Assembly: GCA_963730935.1 (NCBI GenBank)
Contig: CAVSTP010000003.1
Span: forward strand, 736,001-800,000
Length of the DNA: 64,000 nt
Source: an uncultured Nitrospiraceae bacterium
Lineage (GTDB): Bacteria > Nitrospirota > Nitrospiria > Nitrospirales > Nitrospiraceae
Reading direction: 5' to 3'
The first letter of the stretch is position 1, and every line of letters begins with the position of its first letter. Shown piece by piece: positions 39,329 through 48,770 of the stretch. A program made the translations under genes and the position numbers. The notes under the pieces are model-generated. The model was not told the DNA's origin. It did not search any database and worked only from the letters and a program-made list of their open reading frames with translations.

Positions 39329-41782
39329 ATGGCGGGAGTCGTGACGCGAGTCATTGACCGCCTAATGCGAGCGCTGCTGGTCACTCTTTTATCGATGCCG
39401 CCGTTGGCGGCCGCGGCCGCTTCGCCTGGTCAGTCCGGTTCCGGATCCCCGCCGCTCGACGTAAAAGCTGAACGCATCGACTATCTTCAAGAACAGGAAA
39501 TCTACGAGGCGGACGGGTCCGTCGTGATCGATCAGGGGGCGGTGCACCTCACCGCCGACCACGTGACCATCCAGGCGCTGCCAGGCGTCATGATTGCCAC
39601 CGGGCACGTCCGGTTGACGGATCCCAAAGCCGACATTGTCGCTGAGCGGTTGGAGTTGAACGTCAATACCGAGGCGGGGGTCGTCACCCACGGGGAAGTG
39701 TACATCAAGGCGTCCAACACGACGGTCGACGGACGTCTGATTCAGCGGTTTTCGGAGGACCATTATCGCTTTAAGGAAGGCCGGTTTACCAACTGCGATG
39801 CGCCGGAAGGGGAAACGCCCGCCTGGCGCTTTCGGTTCAAAGATCTGGATCTCAACGTGGGCGACAGTCTCGCGTTCAAAGGGAGCTGGTTCTGCGTGGC
39901 TGATGTGCCGGTGATTCCGTTTCCCACGATGACCTATCCCCTGTCGCCTCGCCAAAGTGGATTCTTAATCCCCACCCCGGCCTACGACAACCGGTTCGGG
40001 TTCCATTACCAGCAAGGGTACTATTGGGCCATCAATCCAAGCCAGGATCTCACCATTTCGCCGTCGTATTACTCGAATTTGGGATACGGTAGCGATTTTG
40101 AATACCGCTACGCGCTAAACCGTGTTGCAAGAGGACAATGGTTTGTCAGTTATCTCCAGCAGACGACGCTGCCGAATGTCTCGGGAGTGACCGATACAGG
40201 CCAGAGTGCGAAGGAGGCGCGGGCGCTGATCACCGGCACCCATACCCAGCAAGTGACGCAGGATCTCCTGTTGCGGATCAACGCCAATCTCGTGAGCGAC
40301 CCCCAGTACCTGCAGCAACTCAGCAACTCGGGTGCGCAGCGTGCGCTTCCCAGTAACGAATCGAACCTTTTCGCCAACCAGCGCTTGCGCTATGGGAACG
40401 CGTATCTGCTCGGTCAATATCTGCAGCCGTTGCTGGCCGGCGGCGCAGACACTTTCCAGCGCCTTCCTGAGGTCGGCTACAGTCTACCGAACCTCGCGCT
40501 GTTCAATTCACCCTTGTTGTTCGGGGGAGACACCAACGCGGTGTATTTCTTCCGGGAGGAGGGATTCACGGAGAACCGCTTTGATGTCGTGCCCGGGCTC
40601 TCGACCGACGTCCTCGATGTGGGCCATGTGGTGGGGTTCACGCCTCAGGCCAAGTTTCGTGAGGTCTATTATTCGCGCGGCGCGCAGGAGACCAGCAGTC
40701 TGCACCGGGAAACGTTCTGGGCGGCCCTCGATGCGACCTCTAAAATGAGCCGTCGCTTCAACCGGGATGACGGCGATGCCATGATGCATACGATCGAGCC
40801 GAGTGTGATCTACGAATACGTTCCGGCGACGGATCAATCGCAAATAGCGCAGATCGATCAGGTTGACAACCTGCCGAAAAAGAATCTGTTGACCTATATG
40901 GTAAGGAGCCGGCTGCTGGAACAGGACGGGGACAAAAGCTTCAATTGGCTGGATTTCACGCTGGCCCAGAGTTACCACGTCGGCGCCGTGCAGACGGAGG
41001 CGAGGGATTTTGCGCCGGGAGCCGTGCCTCCGCTCGGCACCGTGACGCAGCCTTTGCAGCCGGCGACGGTTCCGATCGCCGGCAAGAAATTTTCCGACGT
41101 CTGGCTGCGTGCGGTCATCGGCAACAATGAGCCCCAACTCGCGGTGGCCCAGCTGGCCGGCCCGGTATTCGGGCGCGGCGCCGGCGCCGTCTCGCTCGCC
41201 AAGCCCCCCATCAACCGGTACGTGACGGTGGACGCCTTTTTCGATCCCTATAGCGCCGGTCTCAGTCAGTTCAATACCGACTTTCGGCTTCAGCAGTCCA
41301 ATGAGTGGTATGTGGAAGTCGGGCAGCGCTTCTCGAGGAATGGGAACCGGGTACAACGGGGAGACCTCTGGAACCCCATCTCGTTCAATCAGGTGTTCAA
41401 TCCCACTGAGGAAGTCCAGTTTGTGACGGCTGGCGGCGCGTTTCGGACACCCTTTGGATGGCTGGTCGGCGCGAAAGGGTATTACGACATCAATAATCGC
41501 CGGAGTCCGGAATACGACGTGGTCGCGCTGTATCAGAATCCGTGCAAATGCTGGTCGCTCGGGTTGTTTTATCTCCAATTTCCCGACCGGGCGCAGTACA
41601 ATTTTATGCTCAGTTTGACGGGAATTGGCTGGACCGAGAATTATGGCACGAATGTCGTGAAACAGATCCTCAGTCCTCTCACGTGGGGCGAGAAAGGATT
41701 GCCATGGGCTTCGCCGGGTGGACACTATGGTCACTTGGAAACCGCTCAACCGCAGCCGGGTGTCGGCGGAGCTCCGCGATGA
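39329..41782 (+). CDS. lptD: LPS-assembly outer membrane protein LptD
   Basis: N-terminal jellyroll, FTNC...W, RQSGFLIP, YYWAI, C-terminal CKCW beta-barrel. Confidence 0.85.
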   Translation: MAGVVTRVIDRLMRALLVTLLSMPPLAAAAASPGQSGSGSPPLDVKAERIDYLQEQEIYEADGSVVIDQGAVHLTADHVTIQALPGVMIATGHVRLTDPKADIVAERLELNVNTEAGVVTHGEVYIKASNTTVDGRLIQRFSEDHYRFKEGRFTNCDAPEGETPAWRFRFKDLDLNVGDSLAFKGSWFCVADVPVIPFPTMTYPLSPRQSGFLIPTPAYDNRFGFHYQQGYYWAINPSQDLTISPSYYSNLGYGSDFEYRYALNRVARGQWFVSYLQQTTLPNVSGVTDTGQSAKEARALITGTHTQQVTQDLLLRINANLVSDPQYLQQLSNSGAQRALPSNESNLFANQRLRYGNAYLLGQYLQPLLAGGADTFQRLPEVGYSLPNLALFNSPLLFGGDTNAVYFFREEGFTENRFDVVPGLSTDVLDVGHVVGFTPQAKFREVYYSRGAQETSSLHRETFWAALDATSKMSRRFNRDDGDAMMHTIEPSVIYEYVPATDQSQIAQIDQVDNLPKKNLLTYMVRSRLLEQDGDKSFNWLDFTLAQSYHVGAVQTEARDFAPGAVPPLGTVTQPLQPATVPIAGKKFSDVWLRAVIGNNEPQLAVAQLAGPVFGRGAGAVSLAKPPINRYVTVDAFFDPYSAGLSQFNTDFRLQQSNEWYVEVGQRFSRNGNRVQRGDLWNPISFNQVFNPTEEVQFVTAGGAFRTPFGWLVGAKGYYDINNRRSPEYDVVALYQNPCKCWSLGLFYLQFPDRAQYNFMLSLTGIGWTENYGTNVVKQILSPLTWGEKGLPWASPGGHYGHLETAQPQPGVGGAPR

Positions 41783-42321
41783 ACCGAGTTGTCGGCCTCA
41801 ATCCCGGCTGGTCTGCCGGCTGCGTAGTCGCCGCCGCCCTGTGGGTGACGGGTTGCAGCACGTCGGCGATGACCGCTGCTTCCACGCCGCCCACCCACTT
41901 ACAGCGTGCAAAAGTCTTTCTCGCAGCCGGAGATTATCGGCGGGCCGTCGAAGCCTGTCGGCAAGAGGTTCAGGAACATCCCTCCGCACGGAGCTATTTG
42001 TACCTGACCTACGTCTATCAAGCGCTCGATGCGCATGTGGAATCGCTGGCGAAAGCGGATCAATGGGTGGCGATGGAGCATCTCTATCTGAATTTGAGCT
42101 CGGGCGGGCCGGAAGAGCTCCTGGATCCTCCCAACGTCCTGGCTCGTATGGCGAAGGAGATGATTCAAGCGTCGGCACGACAACAGGCAGACGTTACGTC
42201 CGAACTCGCTACGAGACTCGATCCGTCCGTCGTCGCGGTTGTCTGGCCTCAGCAAACGGCTTGGCGGAAAGCCAAACAAGAGGGTTGGTGGTTCACGGTT
42301 CCCCCTGAATGGGCGTGGTAG
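41779..42321 (+). CDS. TPR-like lipoprotein
   Basis: Lipobox VTGC, TPR-like helix pair; ATGA overlap with lptD. Confidence 0.65.
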   Translation: MNRVVGLNPGWSAGCVVAAALWVTGCSTSAMTAASTPPTHLQRAKVFLAAGDYRRAVEACRQEVQEHPSARSYLYLTYVYQALDAHVESLAKADQWVAMEHLYLNLSSGGPEELLDPPNVLARMAKEMIQASARQQADVTSELATRLDPSVVAVVWPQQTAWRKAKQEGWWFTVPPEWAW

Positions 42322-42340
42322 ACCGGTGTGGCATGCCGGT

Positions 42341-42370
42341 TTGACTCCTCGAAGAAGGCTGGGGTACGAT
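42341..42370 (+). promoter_or_regulatory. Putative sigma70 promoter of trxA
   Basis: TTGACT-N18-TACGAT. Confidence 0.55.
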
Positions 42371-42419
42371 GATTTCCCATTCATTCCTGCGATTCAATTG
42401 ATTTTCAAGGAGGATAGAC

Positions 42420-42767
42420 GTGGCAGGTAATGCGTTGAAGGTCGAGGATGCGAGCTGGGATTCCGAAGTCATGAAGGCCCCGGAGCTGGTGATGGTGGAT
42501 TTCTGGGCGGTCTGGTGCGGACCTTGCCAGATGGTCGCTCCGATCGTGGACGAATTGGCTAACGAGTATGCAGGAAAGGTCAAGGTTCGTAAGCTGAACA
42601 CCGATGAAAATCCCGAAGTGGCTGGACGCTACCAGGTCATGAGCATTCCGACGATTCTCTTCTTCAAAAACGGCCAGGTCGTGGAAAAACTCGTGGGCGC
42701 CAGGCCGAAGCGGCAGTTCAAGGAAATGATTGATCAGCTCTTGGCGCAACACGCCGGCTCCGCCTAA
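42420..42767 (+). CDS. trxA: Thioredoxin
   Basis: WCGPC active site; AAGGAGG RBS. Confidence 0.96.
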   Translation: MAGNALKVEDASWDSEVMKAPELVMVDFWAVWCGPCQMVAPIVDELANEYAGKVKVRKLNTDENPEVAGRYQVMSIPTILFFKNGQVVEKLVGARPKRQFKEMIDQLLAQHAGSA

Positions 42768-42768
42768 C

Positions 42769-42870
42769 AGGTTGGTGAATAAGGCCTCTGTCTCACCCGC
42801 CCAACCCCGGCGCGCCAAGACGACGCGCCTTGCCCCGCGCTTCGTTCTCGCGTCGCGGGTGCAAAGGGTG
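42769..42870 (+). mobile_element. MITE-like dispersed repeat, copy 5
   Basis: AGGTTGGTGAATAAGG plus TCTCACCCGCCCAACCCCGGCGCGCCAAGACGACGCGCC. Confidence 0.65.
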
Positions 42871-42908
42871 AGCACCGCGATTACTCGAGAGGTTCCTCAC
42901 TCGTAACG

Positions 42909-44594
42909 ATGCTTGCCGAGCTGCGCATTGTCAATTTTGCTCTCATAGAACAGCTCCACATTCAGTTCCAGTCGGGATTTACGGTGCTCACCGGCGAAAC
43001 CGGCGCCGGCAAATCGCTGCTCATCGACGCCATCGCCTTACTCGTGGGCGGAAGGGGCTCGGTTGAGCAGATCCGATCCGGTGAAGAAGAGGCGCAGCTC
43101 GAAGCCTCATTTCACCTTCCTGCAACGCATCCGCTGCTCGGGCAACTGCAGGCGATGGACCTGCTGGGCCCTCACGACCGTGACCTCGTACTCAAGCGGA
43201 TTCTCTCCAGATCAGGACGGCATCGGGTTTATGTGAACGGGGGGCTCAGTTCCCTTCGCGTGCTCGAAGAGTTGGGGGGTACCCTCGTGGACGTACACGG
43301 CCAGCACGAGCAGCAGTCGTTGTTGGCGCCTGTCAAGCAACTCGATGCGGTGGACGCGTTCGGATCTGCTCAGTCCATGCGGGATCTGTACGAGGCGGCC
43401 TACCGAGACTGGAAAAATTTGGAAGGGCAGCTTGACGGCCTGCGCCGGCTGGGCGCCGATCGCGCTCGGCTCGAAGAGCTGTTGCGTTTTCAAGTGCAGG
43501 AGATCGAGCAGGCGGCGTTATCGACTGCTGAAGAAGATCGGTTGCAAGCGGAACGACAGCGGTTGGGGCACGCCCATCGACTCCGAGAATTGGCGGAGAC
43601 CTCTTATGCCGAGTTGCAGGGTGACGACCAGGGGATTTTGATGCAACTCGCCCGGGTCGGGCGCCTGCTGGGAGAATTGGCACAGACCGATCCGGGGATG
43701 AGAGATTGTGAACCTCAGGTCCGCGATGCAGCGATTCAACTCAAGGATCTCTGCGGCCGTCTTCGGGATTATGCGGCCGATCTGGAGGCTGATCCGGCGA
43801 GACAGGGGCTGGTCGAGGACCGGCTCGAGTTGATTCAACGGCTCAAGGCCAAATACGGAGGATCGATCGAGGCGGTTTTGGCCACAGGCCTGCGCGCCCG
43901 ACAGGACCTGCAGGCCATGGAAGATCATGAGAGTCGGATCGCCGATCTCACCAAGCGGCTCGAAGTCTCGGAACGTTCCGTGTTGGAGAGGGCCGATCAG
44001 TTGACAAAAAAGCGCCGGGAGGCTGCAAAGCGGTTGACGGCTCTTGTCATGAAGGAATTGGCTGCGCTCAAAATGGAACACACCGCGTTCGATATTGCCG
44101 TCTCGACAGAAGAAACGGTGGCTCGGTTCGGACCGACGGGGCGTGACCATGTCGAATTTCTGCTGTCCAGCAACGTCGGAGAGCCGCCGCGCCCCCTGAA
44201 CCGCATCGCGTCCGGTGGAGAACTTTCGCGCATCATGCTTGCGCTGAAGACCGTCTTGGCAGAGAGAGATCATGTGCCAGTGCTCGTGTTCGACGAGGTG
44301 GACACGGGTGTCGGCGGCGCAGTGGCCGCAGCCATGGGGACCAGGTTGCGGAAGCTGGGGGCCTACCACCAGGTCTTCTGCATCACCCATCTGCCTCAGG
44401 TAGCTTCCCAAGCCGAACACCATCTGTTGGTGGCCAAGGGCCAGGATGGCAAGAGGACCACCACGTCGGTGAAACCCCTGGCCGGTCTTGGCCGCGAGGA
44501 GGAGATCGCACGCATGATTGGTGGGGAAACGGTCACCAGTAAGGTGCGGGCTACCGCGGCGGAGTTGATTGCGGGCGCGAAGACAAAACGCTGA
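42909..44594 (+). CDS. recN: DNA repair protein RecN
   Basis: TGETGAGKS, HGQH, ASGGE, FDEVD, THLPQVA motifs. Confidence 0.96.
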   Translation: MLAELRIVNFALIEQLHIQFQSGFTVLTGETGAGKSLLIDAIALLVGGRGSVEQIRSGEEEAQLEASFHLPATHPLLGQLQAMDLLGPHDRDLVLKRILSRSGRHRVYVNGGLSSLRVLEELGGTLVDVHGQHEQQSLLAPVKQLDAVDAFGSAQSMRDLYEAAYRDWKNLEGQLDGLRRLGADRARLEELLRFQVQEIEQAALSTAEEDRLQAERQRLGHAHRLRELAETSYAELQGDDQGILMQLARVGRLLGELAQTDPGMRDCEPQVRDAAIQLKDLCGRLRDYAADLEADPARQGLVEDRLELIQRLKAKYGGSIEAVLATGLRARQDLQAMEDHESRIADLTKRLEVSERSVLERADQLTKKRREAAKRLTALVMKELAALKMEHTAFDIAVSTEETVARFGPTGRDHVEFLLSSNVGEPPRPLNRIASGGELSRIMLALKTVLAERDHVPVLVFDEVDTGVGGAVAAAMGTRLRKLGAYHQVFCITHLPQVASQAEHHLLVAKGQDGKRTTTSVKPLAGLGREEEIARMIGGETVTSKVRATAAELIAGAKTKR

Positions 44595-44599
44595 ATGGC

Positions 44600-45751
44600 T
44601 CAGGCGTCTGAGCGGCTGGAGGGATTGGTCGCAATGGCCATCGCGGGCAACGACGCCTTGCATTCCTGCACGACCTGGGTGAACAAGACGGTGAGCGCGG
44701 GGTCGAAATAGGTCCCCGCCCGTTCGGTAAGAAACCTGCTGGCGTCGTCGATCGAGAGCGCGGTGCGGTCCGGGAGTTCGGCGGTGAGGTGGTCGAACGC
44801 TTGGGCCAGGCTGACGATTCTCGCCAGGATCGGAATGCCTTCCCCTTTCAGCCCGTGCGGATACCCTGAGCCGTCCCACCTTTCGTGGTGATAGGCAATG
44901 ATCTGCCCGGCGGCTGCGGGCAGGCCGAGGGGGCCCACCATCTTTGCACCGATTTCCGGGTGCGCACGCAGCTCGTTCTCGCGGTCTCTCGCCACGATTT
45001 CATCGTCGGCAAAGCGGTACGGCTCTTTGCCGATCTTGCCGATGTCATGGAGAAACGCGCCAAGCGCCAGTGATTTCTGCTCGTCCACGGTGAGATTGGT
45101 CCGGTTGGCAAGCAAGGTGGCGTAAAAACTCACGCGGCTGCAATGGTTTAAGAGCTGACGGTCTTTGGCTTCAAGGAGATCGGAGAGCATGGGCAGCAGA
45201 TCCGCAGTATCGTCTCCCCATGGCAGGGTCGGGCTGCCTGATCGACCGATGGCCTCGTACCCGGCCCGTAGCTCCTGCCAGGCCTGTGCACATTGGGCTT
45301 CAGACCCCCACAGAGCATTGGACGCCTGAAGATAGCGGCGAAGATAGTCGAGCCGCTGTTTCTTTTCCAGCGTCTGATTGACCAGGGTAATGAGTTCCGT
45401 GACGTTGAAGGGTTTGAGCAGATACCCTGCGGCCCCATGCCTGATACCTTCCATCGCAGATCTGAGACTGCCGTATCCGGTAATGATGATGACTTCGATA
45501 TCGGCATGATCTTGTTTGATTTCCTGCAGTAGATCGAGGCCTTGCCGATCGGGAAGCTTCTGGTCCAGCGTAATAAGGTCGATCTGCTGCTGATTCAGCA
45601 CATCGATGGCGGCTTGGGCCGATTCGGCGGATTGAATGTTGAAGAAAGGACGGAGGATGACTTTCAACGCATCGCGTGGTCCTGCCTCATCATCGATGAC
45701 CAAGACGGTGGGCTTCTGCGTGGCCCTGTGCGGCTCGAAGGACGTTGCCAT
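44600..45751 (-). CDS. Response regulator with HD-GYP domain (RpfG-like)
   Basis: REC (DD, D, T, KP); HDIGK; HHERWDGSGYP. Confidence 0.9.
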   Translation of the reverse strand: MATSFEPHRATQKPTVLVIDDEAGPRDALKVILRPFFNIQSAESAQAAIDVLNQQQIDLITLDQKLPDRQGLDLLQEIKQDHADIEVIIITGYGSLRSAMEGIRHGAAGYLLKPFNVTELITLVNQTLEKKQRLDYLRRYLQASNALWGSEAQCAQAWQELRAGYEAIGRSGSPTLPWGDDTADLLPMLSDLLEAKDRQLLNHCSRVSFYATLLANRTNLTVDEQKSLALGAFLHDIGKIGKEPYRFADDEIVARDRENELRAHPEIGAKMVGPLGLPAAAGQIIAYHHERWDGSGYPHGLKGEGIPILARIVSLAQAFDHLTAELPDRTALSIDDASRFLTERAGTYFDPALTVLFTQVVQECKASLPAMAIATNPSSRSDA

Positions 45752-45787
45752 ATGTTGTTCATGTACCCCGATGTACCTATTCTGTCA

Positions 45788-45803
45788 AGCAAAACGTATT
45801 CCT
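45788..45803 (-). promoter_or_regulatory. Putative sigma54 (-24/-12) promoter for the REC-HD-GYP gene
   Basis: Minus strand AGGAATACGTTTTGCT = GG-N10-GC with TTGCT, 36 nt upstream of the ATG. Confidence 0.5.
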
Positions 45804-45956
45804 TTTCAGCTATTTATGCGTGGAAATTCTAGTGGATGTGGTGATGTGGCGCGATGGCCCTATATGTAGTTTCCACGTATGTGGCTCTACGTAGATTGGA
45901 ATTACGAAAACGCATGAAATGCTGCAGAATTCACGCAGTTCGAAACGCGGAGTGTG

Positions 45957-47405
45957 TTATTCCTGCCCGACAGGTTCAGGTTCAGGAGGGGTTGTGTCAT
46001 TGTCCGGACGGCCGATACCCAGTGTATCCATCCGGTACTTGAGCATGCGCCTGCTGATCCCGAGCTGGGTCGCGGCGTGGGTTTGCACATAGTTGTTCTT
46101 TTTCAATGCGTCAAGAATGATCTCCCGCTCGAATTCCATCACGGCCTTTTCGAGCGAGAGGCGGCCGGCTAGGGTGTCGTCTCGTAAAGAGGAGGACCGG
46201 GTGTCGTTGCGAAGGATGGTCGGAAGATGTTCGGGGGTGACGGCCTCTGAGCCCTTGGACCAGATGAACGCCTGTTCGATGATGTTTTCCATCTCTCGCA
46301 CGTTACCCGGCCACGGGTACCGGGTCAGGAGCTCAATCGCCTCCTTGGAGAACTCCTGGTTGGGCCGGCTCTCCTCCTCGATCCGCTTGGACAGGAAATG
46401 TTTCGCCAACAACGGAATATCTTCTCCTCGATCGCGAAGCGGGGGCAAGTACAACGCGATGACATTGATTCGGTAGTAGAGGTCCTCGCGGAACTGCCCT
46501 TTCCGGACCAGATCCTCGAGGTTCTTGTTCGTCGCGGCGACGATGCGAACGTCGACTTTGATGGCCTGTACGCCGCCGATGCGCGTGAATTCGCGTTCTT
46601 GCAGAACCCGCAGCAGCTTGGCCTGCGTCATGGGACTGAGGTCCCCGATTTCGTCGAGGAACAAGGTGCCGCTGTTGGCGAGCTCGAATTGACCCACGCG
46701 GCGAGCCGTCGCATCGGTGAACGAGCCCTTTTCGTGGCCGAACAGCTCGCTTTCGATCAACGTCTCGGGGAGGGCGGCGCAGTTCAACGCTATGAACGGG
46801 CGGTCCCGCCGTCCGCTGTTGTAATGCAGGGCCTTGGCGACCAGTTCCTTGCCGGTGCCGCTCTCACCGGTGATCAGCACCGTTGTCCTGCTATCGGCAA
46901 CCTGTTCGATCTTGCCGTAAATCTCCTGCATTGGCCGACTTTTGCCGATGAGGTTGTGGAACGCATATCGCTGAGTCACCTGCGCGCGCAGCTGTTTGAC
47001 TTCGCGCTCGAGCTCCTGAGAGTTGAGCGCGCGGTCCACGACGATCCGCAGTTCTTCGACGTCGAACGGCTTCGAGAGATAGTCTGCGGCTCCCAGCTTC
47101 ATGGCGTCGACCGCCGTTTTCACGGACTTGGTGCCGGTCAGCATGATGACGGGGGTCGGATTCTGCTCCGTCCGTAGCGCCTGGAGAACGGACAACCCGT
47201 CGGTTCCGGGAAGAATGACGTCGAGCAGCACGACATGCGGCGCTTCTTTGTGGAACAGATCGAGGCCTTCCTGCGCGTCGGCGGCCTGAATCACCTCATA
47301 CACCGGCTCGAGGACGGCCTTGAGCGACGCCCGGACACGGGCTTCGTCATCGACTAAGAGCACGCGCTTCTTCACACTCGACTCACTGCCGTTTTTTGAT
47401 GTCAT
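45957..47405 (-). CDS. Sigma54-dependent response regulator (NtrC/AtoC family)
   Basis: REC, GESGTGKE, GSFTDA (GAFTGA variant), LFLDE, WPGNVRE, Fis-type HTH. Confidence 0.95.
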   Translation of the reverse strand: MTSKNGSESSVKKRVLLVDDEARVRASLKAVLEPVYEVIQAADAQEGLDLFHKEAPHVVLLDVILPGTDGLSVLQALRTEQNPTPVIMLTGTKSVKTAVDAMKLGAADYLSKPFDVEELRIVVDRALNSQELEREVKQLRAQVTQRYAFHNLIGKSRPMQEIYGKIEQVADSRTTVLITGESGTGKELVAKALHYNSGRRDRPFIALNCAALPETLIESELFGHEKGSFTDATARRVGQFELANSGTLFLDEIGDLSPMTQAKLLRVLQEREFTRIGGVQAIKVDVRIVAATNKNLEDLVRKGQFREDLYYRINVIALYLPPLRDRGEDIPLLAKHFLSKRIEEESRPNQEFSKEAIELLTRYPWPGNVREMENIIEQAFIWSKGSEAVTPEHLPTILRNDTRSSSLRDDTLAGRLSLEKAVMEFEREIILDALKKNNYVQTHAATQLGISRRMLKYRMDTLGIGRPDNDTTPPEPEPVGQE

Positions 47406-48661
47406 GATGGGATCGCTGGGAGGTTGACGAGAAATGTCGTGCCGGCGCCGGCAACGCTTTTGACCTGTATGTCGCCATGGTGCTCTTCGATGATCTGGTG
47501 CACGATCGTCAAGCCGAGGCCGGTGCCTTCGTGTTCGCCGCTCTCGTGCTTGGTCGTGAAGAACGGATCAAAAATATGTTCGAGATTCGCCTCGGAAATC
47601 CCCTGTCCTGTGTCCTCGGTTTCTATTTGCACCCAGGGCCTGCCGCCAGGCTTGGCCAGCAACCTCGTCCGAACCCGCAGCACCCCGCCCTTTTCGCTCA
47701 TCGCATCCAAGGCGTTGAGAAACAGGTTAAGAAACACCTGCTTGATTTGCTGACGGTCCAGCATGACACGAGGGAGGTCGGGTGCCAATTCTTTTTCGAT
47801 CTTGATCCCGCGGCTGTCCGCCTTGACCTCGATGAAATATAAGCAGGAAGACACGATGTCGTTGACATCCTCCTCCGTTAGCTTCGGCTCCATGTAACGG
47901 GCGTAGTCGAGGATTTCCTCGATGAGGCGTTCGATCCGATACACGTCATCGAGCACGATGCGGCTGAATTCACGGATGAAATCGGCATCGTCTTTCCGTT
48001 CAGGGGCCAGCTGGATGAAGGTCTTGATGGAGGTCAGCGGATTGCGGATTTCGTGCGCAAATCCTCCAGCGATCGTTTCCAGCGACCTCAAGCGGTCTGT
48101 TCGCTTCATCAGGGCGTGCGAGCGGTGCAGGTCTTCCAACAGCATGCTGGTGTCGAGCGCATTGGTGGCGGTTTGAGCGAGCGCGTTGAGCAACGACACG
48201 ATAGACGTCGTGTCGTGCTCCTGGGTCCGGTTTCCTCCGAGGAGCGAAAACGCGATGAGCCGGCCGCGGCTGACATGCGGCAGGTTCCGCTCAGCTCGCA
48301 TAGCTGCGAGCGCATCAGCCAACGCCGTGCGGCACCCGTTGTGCGGCTCGGGGACCGTTTGGAGAGAAGACGACAGATGTTGCGGGATGGTGTGGGTCAG
48401 TGGGAGCGTACCGGGAAAACAGGACTCGGCGGCCAGGCCGACCAGGCCCGCACGACGAAAATGTTCATGCTCACGATCCAGGAGATACAGGGCGCCGTGA
48501 GTGGTGCCGCCCACACGGCAGAGTTCCTGAATAATGCGTTCGGACAGGGCGCCGAGATCGGTCATCGCGCCGATTTCGGTGGAGAAACGAGTCACCAAAT
48601 CCAGGAGATGTATGGGTGAAGCCGTCGACGCTGAGGCCATCTCGGTCGGTCGTACGCTCAT
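47402..48661 (-). CDS. Cytoplasmic GAF-domain histidine kinase
   Basis: AHEIRNPL H box, NLFLNA N box, DTGQG, FFTTK, GTGLGL; no TM; ATGA overlap with the regulator. Confidence 0.92.
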   Translation of the reverse strand: MSVRPTEMASASTASPIHLLDLVTRFSTEIGAMTDLGALSERIIQELCRVGGTTHGALYLLDREHEHFRRAGLVGLAAESCFPGTLPLTHTIPQHLSSSLQTVPEPHNGCRTALADALAAMRAERNLPHVSRGRLIAFSLLGGNRTQEHDTTSIVSLLNALAQTATNALDTSMLLEDLHRSHALMKRTDRLRSLETIAGGFAHEIRNPLTSIKTFIQLAPERKDDADFIREFSRIVLDDVYRIERLIEEILDYARYMEPKLTEEDVNDIVSSCLYFIEVKADSRGIKIEKELAPDLPRVMLDRQQIKQVFLNLFLNALDAMSEKGGVLRVRTRLLAKPGGRPWVQIETEDTGQGISEANLEHIFDPFFTTKHESGEHEGTGLGLTIVHQIIEEHHGDIQVKSVAGAGTTFLVNLPAIPS

Positions 48662-48770
48662 AGAGAGAAGGACGCGCCCCTATGCATGAGTCATCGCCGA
48701 CAGGAACGGGTTAGGTCATCATGTGCACATGAATGTGCAAACTTGTACAGAGAGGGGAGTATACACCGGC

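Noticed and set aside
37867..39384. 505-aa minus-strand ORF
   Set aside because: Antisense shadow of folC
43518..44879. 453-aa minus-strand ORF
   Set aside because: Antisense to recN and out of frame within the HD-GYP gene; no motifs
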